Of a stretch of 64,000 nucleotides of DNA, positions 54,505-63,260 are shown piece after piece. The translations under genes and the position numbers were made by a program. The DNA is from a virus: the IMG/VR virus record IMGVR_UViG_3300031576_000014, positions 1 to 64,000 of that record; one strand, written 5' to 3'. The stretch's first letter is position 1. Every line of letters begins with the position of its first letter. Under the pieces are notes generated by a model that was not told where the DNA came from, did not search any database, and saw nothing but the letters and a program-made list of their open reading frames with translations.

Positions 54505-57129
54505 CTAGAGGTTGAACCTCGTCGCGAGGTACTGCTCGACGAGCATCCGGTCCGAGTCGAGGAGCGCCTTGCTGTAGACGATCATCGCCGCGAGTTCGTG
54601 GTCGAGGATGTTCAGTCCGACACCCTCGCCCCCGAGGAAGAAGTCGGCCGTGATCGTTGCGGTGCCTGGCACGGCCGTCGTGTTGTCCGTGAGGACCTGC
54701 GCGGCACCGTCGAGCCACGACGCCTGCGTCGCGTGCGAACCGTCGAAGCGGTACGTCCAAACGTGCCCGTTCGTGTCCGGGATCGTGGCGCCCCCGTTCG
54801 CCGCCCAGGATGAGTCGCCTCCCGGGGGCGCGCCCGACGTTCGCGCCTCCTGGAACGAGGCGAAGCCCCCGTGCCGGGCGAAGCTGTAGTCGGCGACGCC
54901 CTGCACCTGTGAAAAGATCCGGCCGGCGACGCCAGACCGCTTGAGCACGACGAAGACCGTGCGCGGGCCGATCGCACCACCCGCCGCCGCCGTGATGCGC
55001 AGGACCGCGGACCCCGCGGCCAGGATCGTGATCGTCGGTTGCCCGCCCGCCCACGCCTGCACCGGGTTCAGGACGGGCTGTGAGCCGCCCCCCGGCACCG
55101 TCGCGTGCCGGAGGTTCCCGCTCTTGTCGTTGACCTGCGAGACGTCCGGCGAGAGGACGACGCTGTCCATCTCGAACCACGCCCAGAGGCCGGCGAGCTT
55201 CGCCGGCGTGAACGTCAGCTCGTCGTCGATGAACAGGCTGTAGCCGACCCCTCCCGCCTTCGCAGCGTCGAGCGACGCCGCGACCCTTTTGTAGAGCGTC
55301 GCTGCCGCCTGCGGGAACCCGTCGAAGAACGCGCTGAACGGCGACGCGTCGTACGCGCCGAGCGAGTAGCCGGGCGATCCCGCGGGCAGCCCTGCGTAGA
55401 AGAAGCCGAACTCGCCCGCGTCGCTGCGCGGGACGCCGACGAAGAAGAACGCGCGGAACTGCTCGTAGTCGAGCCAGACGTGGAAGCGCCGCGCCGCGAA
55501 GGACGGGCTGGGCGTGACCGACGTGATCCCGTCGAAGAACGCGCCCGTGTGCAGGCCGAGGATCTTCAGGCCGAGCGGAAGCGTGGAAGGGAACGTGCCC
55601 GCGCGCCTGATGAACGTCAGCGTCGTCGGGCCCGCACCGTCCTGCCTGCCGACCCAGCCGAGGGCGTAGAGGTTGTTCGCCGCGTCGATCACCTGCGCGG
55701 CCTCCTGGAAGGCGAACGCGCTCGGGCCGAAGGCGTGGACGACCGCGAACGTGTCGAAGTCGTAGGCGTCGTTGGCGCCTCCTCCGGGGACGAAGTGAGG
55801 GGGGCTCACGTCGCCGTCGAAGTAGAAGCCCGGGAAGTCGAGCGAGCCGACCTCGCGGAAGCTCCAGGGGAGCGTGCCGAGCGCGCGGTTCAGGGCTCTC
55901 CGTATCGCGTTCGGCGAGACCACGTCGGCGATCTGCGCGACCCGCTTCCTGTAGGAGTCGTCCGTCTCGCCAGAAGACCGGTCGATCGCCCTCTCCGCCC
56001 CTGCTTCGTCGAGCATCGGCGACTTCCCCCCGGCAGGGCTCGCCGCGTTCGTGCAAGAGAGGTCCCAGTCGTCGACCCAGTCGAGGATCCTCCAGGTCGC
56101 CGCGGCGACCTCGCTCGAGAAGGTCTCCGAGAAAGAGACGCGGGAGACCGTCAGGGTCGCGCCGCTCGCGGCCCCCGTGACCGTGTTGCCGACCCCGAAC
56201 GGGGGCGCGAGGCTCCCGTCGAGGAAGATGAACGTCAACTTCTTCGTCCCGGCCGCCGTGCGCGTGCCGAGCGCCGTCCCCTCGACGATGGTGGTCGGCC
56301 CGTTCTTGACGATCACCTTCTCCCCGACCGCGAACGCGCCCGCGAAGACCGTCGCCTCGACGGAGACGTCGGGCTCGAGGAGAACGGCGCTGCCGACCGG
56401 GGGCAGGCCAGAGGGCTGCGGCGCGAAGAACGCGTCGACGCGGCCGACCTTGCCCGCGTTCGCCCCCGCCGTGAAGAGCAACGCCTGCCCAACGTGCTCC
56501 GGGATGAACATGTCCGTCTTGTTCGGTGCCGTGACCTTGATCTGCGCGGCAGGCACAGACCCGAGCGGCGCCGGGTAGGTCGCAACGACGGTCGCCGTGT
56601 CGTTCGTGAAGTTCGCGCCCGGCTTCTCGACCTCGACGATCGTCCCCGGCATCGGGTTGTCGTACCCGCGCCCCGGCCTGGCCGCCTCGCCCGGAACGGT
56701 GAACGGCCCCGCATCCCCCGGGTGAAAGACGAGGTCCTCCTTGAGCACGTAGCGCCGCCCCGTGACGACCCGCTCGCCTCCCTGCGGGCCCCAGTCCGTC
56801 TGCACCTCGTCGGCGAAGACCTGGCCCGCCCGGAGCCTTAGGGGGCGCTCCAGGAGCTTCGAACGCGCGATCGAGAGGACGACCTGGCTCTTCGCCTCGC
56901 CCGCCGCCGGCGCCGCCGTCTGACCGCTCCACGGCTGGACGTACAGCTCCTGCGTCGTCTCGTCGATCGCGCGCGAGACGCGCGCGAAGGTCGCCCACAT
57001 CTGCCCGTGGGCCTCGAGCCCTTCCCCGTCGCCGGCCGCGAGGAAAGGGTCGCGGTAAGACGGGTCGAGCGCGGCCGACCAGATCGCCTGGAAATCCTCC
57101 GCCGTCAGGGGCCCGGTCTTCAGCGGCAT
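54505..57129 (-). CDS. Baseplate wedge / tail-fibre protein with LamG-like C-terminus
   Basis: LDEAGAERAIDR..GETDDSYRKR; C-terminal DKSGNLRHA...VEQYLATRF. Confidence 0.72.
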   Translation of the reverse strand: MPLKTGPLTAEDFQAIWSAALDPSYRDPFLAAGDGEGLEAHGQMWATFARVSRAIDETTQELYVQPWSGQTAAPAAGEAKSQVVLSIARSKLLERPLRLRAGQVFADEVQTDWGPQGGERVVTGRRYVLKEDLVFHPGDAGPFTVPGEAARPGRGYDNPMPGTIVEVEKPGANFTNDTATVVATYPAPLGSVPAAQIKVTAPNKTDMFIPEHVGQALLFTAGANAGKVGRVDAFFAPQPSGLPPVGSAVLLEPDVSVEATVFAGAFAVGEKVIVKNGPTTIVEGTALGTRTAAGTKKLTFIFLDGSLAPPFGVGNTVTGAASGATLTVSRVSFSETFSSEVAAATWRILDWVDDWDLSCTNAASPAGGKSPMLDEAGAERAIDRSSGETDDSYRKRVAQIADVVSPNAIRRALNRALGTLPWSFREVGSLDFPGFYFDGDVSPPHFVPGGGANDAYDFDTFAVVHAFGPSAFAFQEAAQVIDAANNLYALGWVGRQDGAGPTTLTFIRRAGTFPSTLPLGLKILGLHTGAFFDGITSVTPSPSFAARRFHVWLDYEQFRAFFFVGVPRSDAGEFGFFYAGLPAGSPGYSLGAYDASPFSAFFDGFPQAAATLYKRVAASLDAAKAGGVGYSLFIDDELTFTPAKLAGLWAWFEMDSVVLSPDVSQVNDKSGNLRHATVPGGGSQPVLNPVQAWAGGQPTITILAAGSAVLRITAAAGGAIGPRTVFVVLKRSGVAGRIFSQVQGVADYSFARHGGFASFQEARTSGAPPGGDSSWAANGGATIPDTNGHVWTYRFDGSHATQASWLDGAAQVLTDNTTAVPGTATITADFFLGGEGVGLNILDHELAAMIVYSKALLDSDRMLVEQYLATRFNL

Positions 57130-57141
57130 GGCGATCCTCCT

Positions 57142-57169
57142 CCCCACGTAAACCGCGGTTTACGTGGGG
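57142..57169. repeat. 20-bp palindrome copy 9 (core 57146-57165; 28 bp perfect)
   Basis: CCCC-ACGTAAACCGCGGTTTACGT-GGGG next to the RBS of the wedge gene. Confidence 0.97.
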
Positions 57170-57286
57170 GAGCCGTGCCGCTGGCCCCGGGATCCTGCCG
57201 GAACAGGACGAAGACCGTGCAGCCGCCTACCGCGTACTCGGCAACCAGCTGGCCGCCCACGTCGCGCACGCGCACCGCCGCGAGCA

Positions 57287-58411
57287 TCAGGACACCGTTT
57301 GCACGAGTTCGGGCAGCGTGCGGAGCGTCTGCCCGACGTCGGGCACGAGGTCGCCCGTCGGCGCGACGATCGTGCCCTCCGGCGTCAAGAGCCCGTCTTC
57401 CGAGAAGCGGCGCAGCACAGCGCCGAGGTCGAGGCGGTTCAGGCGTCCGTTGACGGGCAGCGAGTTGACGAACGCGACGATCGCCGCGCGGACCTGGTCG
57501 GTCAGCGACGCCGTGTCGACGTTCGCGCGGAAGGTCAACTTCAGCGTGATCGTCACGAGCAACGGCAGGCTGGTGAAGATGATGACCGCGATCCCGGCCG
57601 CCCTGAAGTCGTCGAGCGCCGTCTGCACCCTCTGCGCGAGCGCGCGGGAGGCGAGACCGGACGAATCCGCGACGTAGAGCTGCACGACGCGCGCGGGCAG
57701 CCCGCCCGCGATCGGCGTGACGACCTCGATCGCGCGCGCGGAGACGATGCCCGGCACCGTGGTGGCGCCGAACTCGATCGCCCCGAGCACGCCCCTCCTC
57801 GCCGTCCGCCAGAAGTCGCGGACGCGGGCCTTGAACACGTCGTCGTTCTCCGCGTCCTCGCCGCCCGCCGCGGGCTCCTCGTCGTTCGTGCACTGGAGCG
57901 TCTTGTCGAAGAGCGCGCCCGGGTCAGCGAAGCGCTTGATCGCCCCGAGCCCGACCTGCGTCGCCTTCCCGGCCTGCACCGCGCGCACGTCCGCCCGCGA
58001 CGTCTTGTCGCCGGCACCGAAGTTCGCCGTCGTGATCGTGACGTACTCGACCCCCGTGTCCGTGACCGTCCGCGTGCCTACCGGGACAGAGCCGGCGCCG
58101 GCGGCCGTCGTCGCACGCGTGACCGAGACGGTTGTCAGGGCGGCGCTCGCGCCTTTGCGCGTGAGCGTGTAGCGGTCGTACGCGAAGCGGTCGAGGTCGT
58201 CGCCCTCGCTCCCGTCGAGCAGGTGCGCCGCCGTGCGGAAACCGAGCTGCTTGATGCACGCGTCCGCCATGACGGACGCGACCCCGACGATGATGTTTGC
58301 GTCTGAGCCCTCGACGTCGACCATCGCCGGGTCGATCTTGGTCGACCGCTGGACCACGTAGTCCCTGCCTATCGCGTAAAGATCAAGCCTCGATGGCAGA
58401 TCCGGGGGCAT
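57287..58411 (-). CDS. Baseplate J-like protein
   Basis: GDDLD...RKGA, GGEDAENDDVFKAR, VPGIVSA, RAAG. Confidence 0.9.
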   Translation of the reverse strand: MPPDLPSRLDLYAIGRDYVVQRSTKIDPAMVDVEGSDANIIVGVASVMADACIKQLGFRTAAHLLDGSEGDDLDRFAYDRYTLTRKGASAALTTVSVTRATTAAGAGSVPVGTRTVTDTGVEYVTITTANFGAGDKTSRADVRAVQAGKATQVGLGAIKRFADPGALFDKTLQCTNDEEPAAGGEDAENDDVFKARVRDFWRTARRGVLGAIEFGATTVPGIVSARAIEVVTPIAGGLPARVVQLYVADSSGLASRALAQRVQTALDDFRAAGIAVIIFTSLPLLVTITLKLTFRANVDTASLTDQVRAAIVAFVNSLPVNGRLNRLDLGAVLRRFSEDGLLTPEGTIVAPTGDLVPDVGQTLRTLPELVQTVS

Positions 58412-58464
58412 GCCGTCGATGTTCGCGCGACGACCACGCGCGCACAAGCGGCAAGCAAAGACGC

Positions 58465-59619
58465 ATGGGAGAGAACGAAATCAAGGTTCTGGCTGCATAT
58501 GAAGAGTTCGGCGATGGGCGCCCTGTTCGCGAGCTTCTCGCCGAGTACGCCGAGCGCATCTACCAGATCGAAAAGAACATCGAGGCCGCTCCGGACGACA
58601 TCGTCGAGGGCACCGTCGCAGAACGGCTTGCGCACGTCGAAGACGCCGTCGCGCAGTGGCAGCGAGAGAAAAATTCGTCTTTCGTCGTCCTGCCGAAGTC
58701 GCCGCTCTCACCGCTCGTCGATGCAATCAAGGCGAGCCCGCCGACCGGCAACATCGATTGGCCCGCGCACGCGAAGGCTGTTAGCGCTTCGACGGCGACT
58801 TCGACGGCGACGCGTGCAGCTCGGGCTGGAGCCGCCGCGATGAAAAAGGAAGTCCTTGACCACGGATACTTGCAGCTCGTCGAAACGTGGGGCTCCGACG
58901 AGCGCATCATCGAGGCCGCGCGCATGTCGACGCAGAAGGGCTTCCAGGGGTGGGGGCATCCCGATGGGGCGTGCCAGAACTGTCACGGACAGGGGGAAAC
59001 GCCTCGGCATGGCGTCTGCTCGCGCTGCGGCGGGACGAAGGTCCAGAAGGCCGGCGACGAGAAGCTCCTTAAGTTCCTCTGGGAGAACGCGCACCATACG
59101 CCCTTCGAGATGACGGGGATGACCATCGAAGTGCAGGCCCCGATCTTCGTCTTCCGCGAGTGGCACCGCCACCGCGTGCCCTTCGGGTACAACGAGATGA
59201 GCGCCCGCTACGCACCGCTCCCGGACGTGAACTACATCCCGACCGTTGAGCGACTCATGATGCAGGGAGGCAGAAACAAGCAGGCCCAGGGGACCGGCGT
59301 TGCGCTCACTGAGGACCAGGCGCAGACCTTCCGCGCGATGCTCTTCGCCTCGTACAAGGATCTGGAGTTCCAGTACCAGAGCGCGCTGGATGCCGGGGTC
59401 CCCAAGGAACTTGCCAGGATCATCCTCCCCGTCGGGCGCTACAGCCGGATGATGGCGACGGGGAACCTCCGCGGGTGGCTTGCGTTTTTGAAACTGCGCC
59501 AAGCACCGAACGCGCAATACGAAATTCGCGTCTACGCCGAAGCCGTTCACGACATGCTCGCGGAGAGGTTCCCCCGCACGCTCGCGCTCTTCGACGAAGG
59601 TACTTCCAAGACGCTCTAG
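58465..59619 (+). CDS. thyX: FAD-dependent thymidylate synthase (alternative start 58840)
   Basis: HHTPFE, APIFVFREWHRHR, NEMSARY, ELARIILP, AQYEIR. Confidence 0.93.
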   Translation: MGENEIKVLAAYEEFGDGRPVRELLAEYAERIYQIEKNIEAAPDDIVEGTVAERLAHVEDAVAQWQREKNSSFVVLPKSPLSPLVDAIKASPPTGNIDWPAHAKAVSASTATSTATRAARAGAAAMKKEVLDHGYLQLVETWGSDERIIEAARMSTQKGFQGWGHPDGACQNCHGQGETPRHGVCSRCGGTKVQKAGDEKLLKFLWENAHHTPFEMTGMTIEVQAPIFVFREWHRHRVPFGYNEMSARYAPLPDVNYIPTVERLMMQGGRNKQAQGTGVALTEDQAQTFRAMLFASYKDLEFQYQSALDAGVPKELARIILPVGRYSRMMATGNLRGWLAFLKLRQAPNAQYEIRVYAEAVHDMLAERFPRTLALFDEGTSKTL

Positions 59620-60497
59620 GCCGCCTGGGAGAGCGGAACAGGCACGTCGAAGCGCGTGGCCGCCCCGTCGCGCGTGCGCACGGCCACGATGAACCGGACA
59701 AGCTCCGGGTGCTGCTCGTCGAGGACTACGCGGACCCTCGCCTGCGCGACCTCCGGTTCGAGCCGGATCTGCGCCTCCGCGTCCGCCGTCACGCGCGCGA
59801 GCGTGCTCGCGAGCACGAGCTGCTTGCCGTACGTGGTCACGCCGACGCCGTAGCCGAGAAGGTGCGCGAAGCGGTTCTTGATCGTCAGGAGGCGCCGGAC
59901 GATGCGCTTCTTCAGGCCGTCGTCGCCCTCGTCGAACGCGTAGTCGCCGTCCGCCCCGACGGCGAACGTGCCGAGCGCAATCTGCCCAGCCTGGATCCCT
60001 ACCGGCTGTCCTCCTCCGGGGGCGTTCCCGATGTCGCGCGCGGGCCGGGGGTTGTTGAACTGCGGCGGTTGAACTTCCTTGAACGCCGCGTCGAACGCGC
60101 GGGCCGCCGACGCAAGCTGCTGCAAGAGGTCCGCCGAGTAGACGTTCGAGACGGCCGCCGTGTACCGGGTCGGCCAGGCGCTCATCGGACGGTCGAGCAC
60201 GAGGTCGACGAACCGCCCGACGTCGTTCGAGGGAAGCTCCTCGATGGTCGGAAGCTCAACGGCGACGACGGAGACGGCCCGCACGGCTTCCCCGTCGAGT
60301 CCGACCCCGCCCATGACGGGGACCACCGTGTACTTCGACGGATCGCTCGCGTCCCTCGGGTCGAGCAGCCCGGAGAAGAAGACCGTCTTCCCAAACGCGA
60401 GGCGCACGACGTTCTCGTCGAGCGCGAGCGCGTCGTCGAGCGCGAGCGCGCCCGAAGGGGTGGCGCCCCACGAGAGGAAGTCCCAGGGACCGCTCAC
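59616..60497 (-). CDS. Baseplate gp25/W-like protein with N-terminal Ig-like domain
   Basis: C-terminal LKKRIVRRLLT...YGVG...QIRLEPEV. Confidence 0.7.
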   Translation of the reverse strand: MSGPWDFLSWGATPSGALALDDALALDENVVRLAFGKTVFFSGLLDPRDASDPSKYTVVPVMGGVGLDGEAVRAVSVVAVELPTIEELPSNDVGRFVDLVLDRPMSAWPTRYTAAVSNVYSADLLQQLASAARAFDAAFKEVQPPQFNNPRPARDIGNAPGGGQPVGIQAGQIALGTFAVGADGDYAFDEGDDGLKKRIVRRLLTIKNRFAHLLGYGVGVTTYGKQLVLASTLARVTADAEAQIRLEPEVAQARVRVVLDEQHPELVRFIVAVRTRDGAATRFDVPVPLSQAA

Positions 60498-60766
60498 GTG
60501 TCCTTCAGGTCAGGGTCGGGGTCCGTGCGGCTGACACGGCCCCCTCCGTAGGAGAGCCCGGCAGAGACGTCGATCGGCTTCGACGGATCGCATGAGAGGG
60601 CGAAGGAGAAGCTCGGGATCGGGAGCTTGGGCGGGAAGGCGATTGCCGGCAGGAGGAACTTCAGGGAGAACTTCGGAAGCTGGATCGAGAAACCGCAAAG
60701 CTGCGCGTTGACCGTCGGCGTCGCGAAGTCCGCCCCGCCGAACCCCCCAGGAAGAGCCTGCGTCAT
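60494..60766 (-). CDS. Small Pro-rich protein, probably structural
   Basis: TAGCCT-N6-ATG; coupled to the gp25-like gene. Confidence 0.55.
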   Translation of the reverse strand: MTQALPGGFGGADFATPTVNAQLCGFSIQLPKFSLKFLLPAIAFPPKLPIPSFSFALSCDPSKPIDVSAGLSYGGGRVSRTDPDPDLKDT

Positions 60767-60822
60767 GCCTCAAGGCTAACGCACCGCCGCGCAGGGGTCG
60801 ACCGCGACAGGCGTCCGCTTCA

Positions 60823-61128
60823 TCAGTAGATCCTGATCCCGAGCCGTCCGATCGCCTCGTCCTCGCGAACGCCGAAGAGCGTGTTCACCTCGAGCCGGAT
60901 GGTCCCTACGTGTGCCTTGCATTTGAGGCACCCAGCATCGGCTTCCCACGCTCGGTCATCTTTGCTCGGCCGCCGGCCTGAGCCGGCGATGGCGAACGGC
61001 TTGTCACCGCAGTAGGGGCAGGCCGCGTCGACGACTACTGCGTGGTCCGCCTCATGGAACGGTTTCTCGCACCGTTGCCGTGCGCTCCCGTCCTTCGGCA
61101 ACAAATAGATCTTCTCTCGGTGCGTCAT
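60823..61128 (-). CDS. Zn-binding hypothetical protein
   Basis: CPYC...CLKC. Confidence 0.65.
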   Translation of the reverse strand: MTHREKIYLLPKDGSARQRCEKPFHEADHAVVVDAACPYCGDKPFAIAGSGRRPSKDDRAWEADAGCLKCKAHVGTIRLEVNTLFGVREDEAIGRLGIRIY

Positions 61129-61550
61129 GTTGTCTTCCTTTTCCGGCTTGTCGGGATGCTCGCGAGCTTCGCTTTCAGCGTCGCGTTTTCGAGGAGCAGA
61201 GCTTCGTTCGTGCGCAGGAAATGCGCTCTTGCCTCGCCGGCTTTCTCCAGCTCGTCTTTCAACGTGTCGAGCTTCGTATGCAGCTCATCGTACTCTTTGC
61301 AGAGCTTCGACTTTTCCTCTTCACACTCCCCGCGCGCTTCATTGAGTTTCTCTTCCCAGCCATCGCCTTCGTCGGCCAGCTCTTGGATCGCGCTGAAGAT
61401 CTCGTCCGTGGTTTCGCAGTCGATTCCCTCGCGTCCGCTAAGGTCGGCGCGGATCTCGTGGAGAAGCTCCAGGGCCGCGTGCAGCCGATCGCGCAAGTCT
61501 TCCTCGCGTGTGTCTTTGACGTCGCACCATGCTTGCGTGTACGCGCTCAT
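61125..61550 (-). CDS. Acidic coiled-coil hypothetical protein
   Basis: GAGG RBS, coupled. Confidence 0.65.
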   Translation of the reverse strand: MSAYTQAWCDVKDTREEDLRDRLHAALELLHEIRADLSGREGIDCETTDEIFSAIQELADEGDGWEEKLNEARGECEEEKSKLCKEYDELHTKLDTLKDELEKAGEARAHFLRTNEALLLENATLKAKLASIPTSRKRKTT

Positions 61551-61777
61551 GGCGCCACCTCGGGGAAAACAAATTCGACCGTCGTATCCGCGTCGCGGTA
61601 CGCAACGACTAGATACCCGTTGTGTCCGCGCGAAACCTGTACGAGGTGCCCGCGACAACCATCGGGGAAGAGTGCTCCGGTCCAAACCGCTCGACCGCGT
61701 GCGAGCCGAAACCCGATCGACCCTTTGGGCCAGCTATCAATACTGTCGATGACATCAATCACTTCGAACAGTTTCAT
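61547..61777 (-). CDS. Hypothetical protein
   Basis: ATGA overlaps at both ends. Confidence 0.55.
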   Translation of the reverse strand: MKLFEVIDVIDSIDSWPKGSIGFRLARGRAVWTGALFPDGCRGHLVQVSRGHNGYLVVAYRDADTTVEFVFPEVAP

Positions 61778-63045
61778 GACGCCCCCACGTATTCCCCGAT
61801 CGCCTTCGAATCGGTGTCCTCGACGACGACTTCCGCCGCGCAGCGGGAGAGGACAGTCTGCTTGCGCCCCTTGTACTCTTCGTGCTTCTTCACCGTCGCC
61901 TTGACCGAGTAGCGCTTGCCCACGTCGAGCCGCGCGCTCGTTGTCCCCCACTTCGCCGCGTTGCCGCCCGCGTCCTCGAAGAGGTGAAGGTGGAGCGTCC
62001 CGTACTCCCCGTCGAAGTCGAGCACCTTCATCAAGGTGAGCACGAAGACCTCGCGCTTGCCCACCGTGCCGAAGTGGTCGTTCGCGGCGCTGCCCGCAGC
62101 CTTGCGCCGGACCGCGTCGCGGCCCATCGCGCGCTCGTACGCGTTGACGAGGGAGACCGCGTAGCCGTAGTGGCGCGGACCCACGAACCCGGCCCGCGCG
62201 ATCGCGCAGACGTTGTGCTCGAAGTCGCTCGCCGGCACGATCGCGGCGAAGTGCTCCGCGATCTGCGTCGCCTTCGCGATCTCCTCCGGGGTCGCCTGGG
62301 ACGGCATCGGGAAGAGACGATCGTACGGACCGCAGACCATCCGCTGGACCGTGTCCGCGGTGAAGGGCGGCTTGCCCGACGACTTCGGGACGTAGCCGTT
62401 CTCCCCAACCTCGCGCACGGCGTACGCGAGCACCGCGACGAGACCATGGACGTTCTCGCCCCCTCCGCCGAACCCGAACCCGTCCTCGTCGCCGCCTCCG
62501 CGGAGAAGCTCAGCGACGAACATCGCCGCCTCCGCGATCTTCTCCGGCGACGCGCGCCCGAGGAAGTCCCGCACGCACTGGCGGCCCACCTGGATCGTCC
62601 GGCCGTCCTCGTGCACGAGCACGAACGTGTCCTTGCGGTGGCGGGCAAGCTTGCAGTGCTCGCAGCGCGGCTTCGCCGTCCGGTACTCCTCCGGCAGGTC
62701 CGTCCCGGAGATGCTCCGGACGAGGTTGACGCCGTCCGCCAGGGGTTCGAGCGTCGCCGCGAACGTCCACCCGTCGAACTTGGGCGACTCGCCGAAGACC
62801 GTCACCTCGACGTACTCTGCCGCGCGGGTGTGCGGCTCGTGCCCCGACGTCCCGGAGAACTCGCACGTGGGAAGCGTGTCGGACTTCCTGCCGCACCCGC
62901 ACGAGAATTGAACGCCGGCCGCGCCCTTCCGGTAGCCGACCACCCCGCACGCGAGCTTCGCGGCCTTGCGCGTCAGGGACGCCATCTTCTTCTCGAACGC
63001 GTGAAGGTTGGAGGGGGCGATGCGGAACGTGGCTTCGGTGGGCAT
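61774..63045 (-). CDS. Phage protein with Zn finger and C-terminal OB-fold-like domain; first gene after cassette C
   Basis: CEHC...R.DTF...QVGRQC; C-terminal ATVKKHEEYKGRKQTVLSR. Confidence 0.75.
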   Translation of the reverse strand: MPTEATFRIAPSNLHAFEKKMASLTRKAAKLACGVVGYRKGAAGVQFSCGCGRKSDTLPTCEFSGTSGHEPHTRAAEYVEVTVFGESPKFDGWTFAATLEPLADGVNLVRSISGTDLPEEYRTAKPRCEHCKLARHRKDTFVLVHEDGRTIQVGRQCVRDFLGRASPEKIAEAAMFVAELLRGGGDEDGFGFGGGGENVHGLVAVLAYAVREVGENGYVPKSSGKPPFTADTVQRMVCGPYDRLFPMPSQATPEEIAKATQIAEHFAAIVPASDFEHNVCAIARAGFVGPRHYGYAVSLVNAYERAMGRDAVRRKAAGSAANDHFGTVGKREVFVLTLMKVLDFDGEYGTLHLHLFEDAGGNAAKWGTTSARLDVGKRYSVKATVKKHEEYKGRKQTVLSRCAAEVVVEDTDSKAIGEYVGAS

Positions 63046-63056
63046 GGCTACCCTTT

Positions 63057-63237
63057 ATGCTAATGCTATGCCAAGTATGTCAGAGCATCTATCAGGGACT
63101 CGCCGGACGGTAGCTATGACATGCATGTCATAGCACTTAGACGAAGGCTTGTTTCGTCGGCCTTTTTGCTATGACATCCGTGTCAAAGCTATGATGTCTT
63201 TGCATGCTCTCTTGAAGGTGCGCACAACCTTGCCGCG
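63057..63237 (-). promoter_or_regulatory. Regulatory cassette C
   Basis: TTGGCATAGCATTAGCAT (63057-63074); boxes at 63064, 63112, 63167. Confidence 0.8.
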
Positions 63238-63260
63238 TAAAGATTGCGCTTTTCACGCTC

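Noticed and set aside
1055-57169. Palindrome family as a CRISPR array or intrinsic terminators
   Set aside because: Copies are kilobases apart with no spacers or cas genes; no loop or U-tract.
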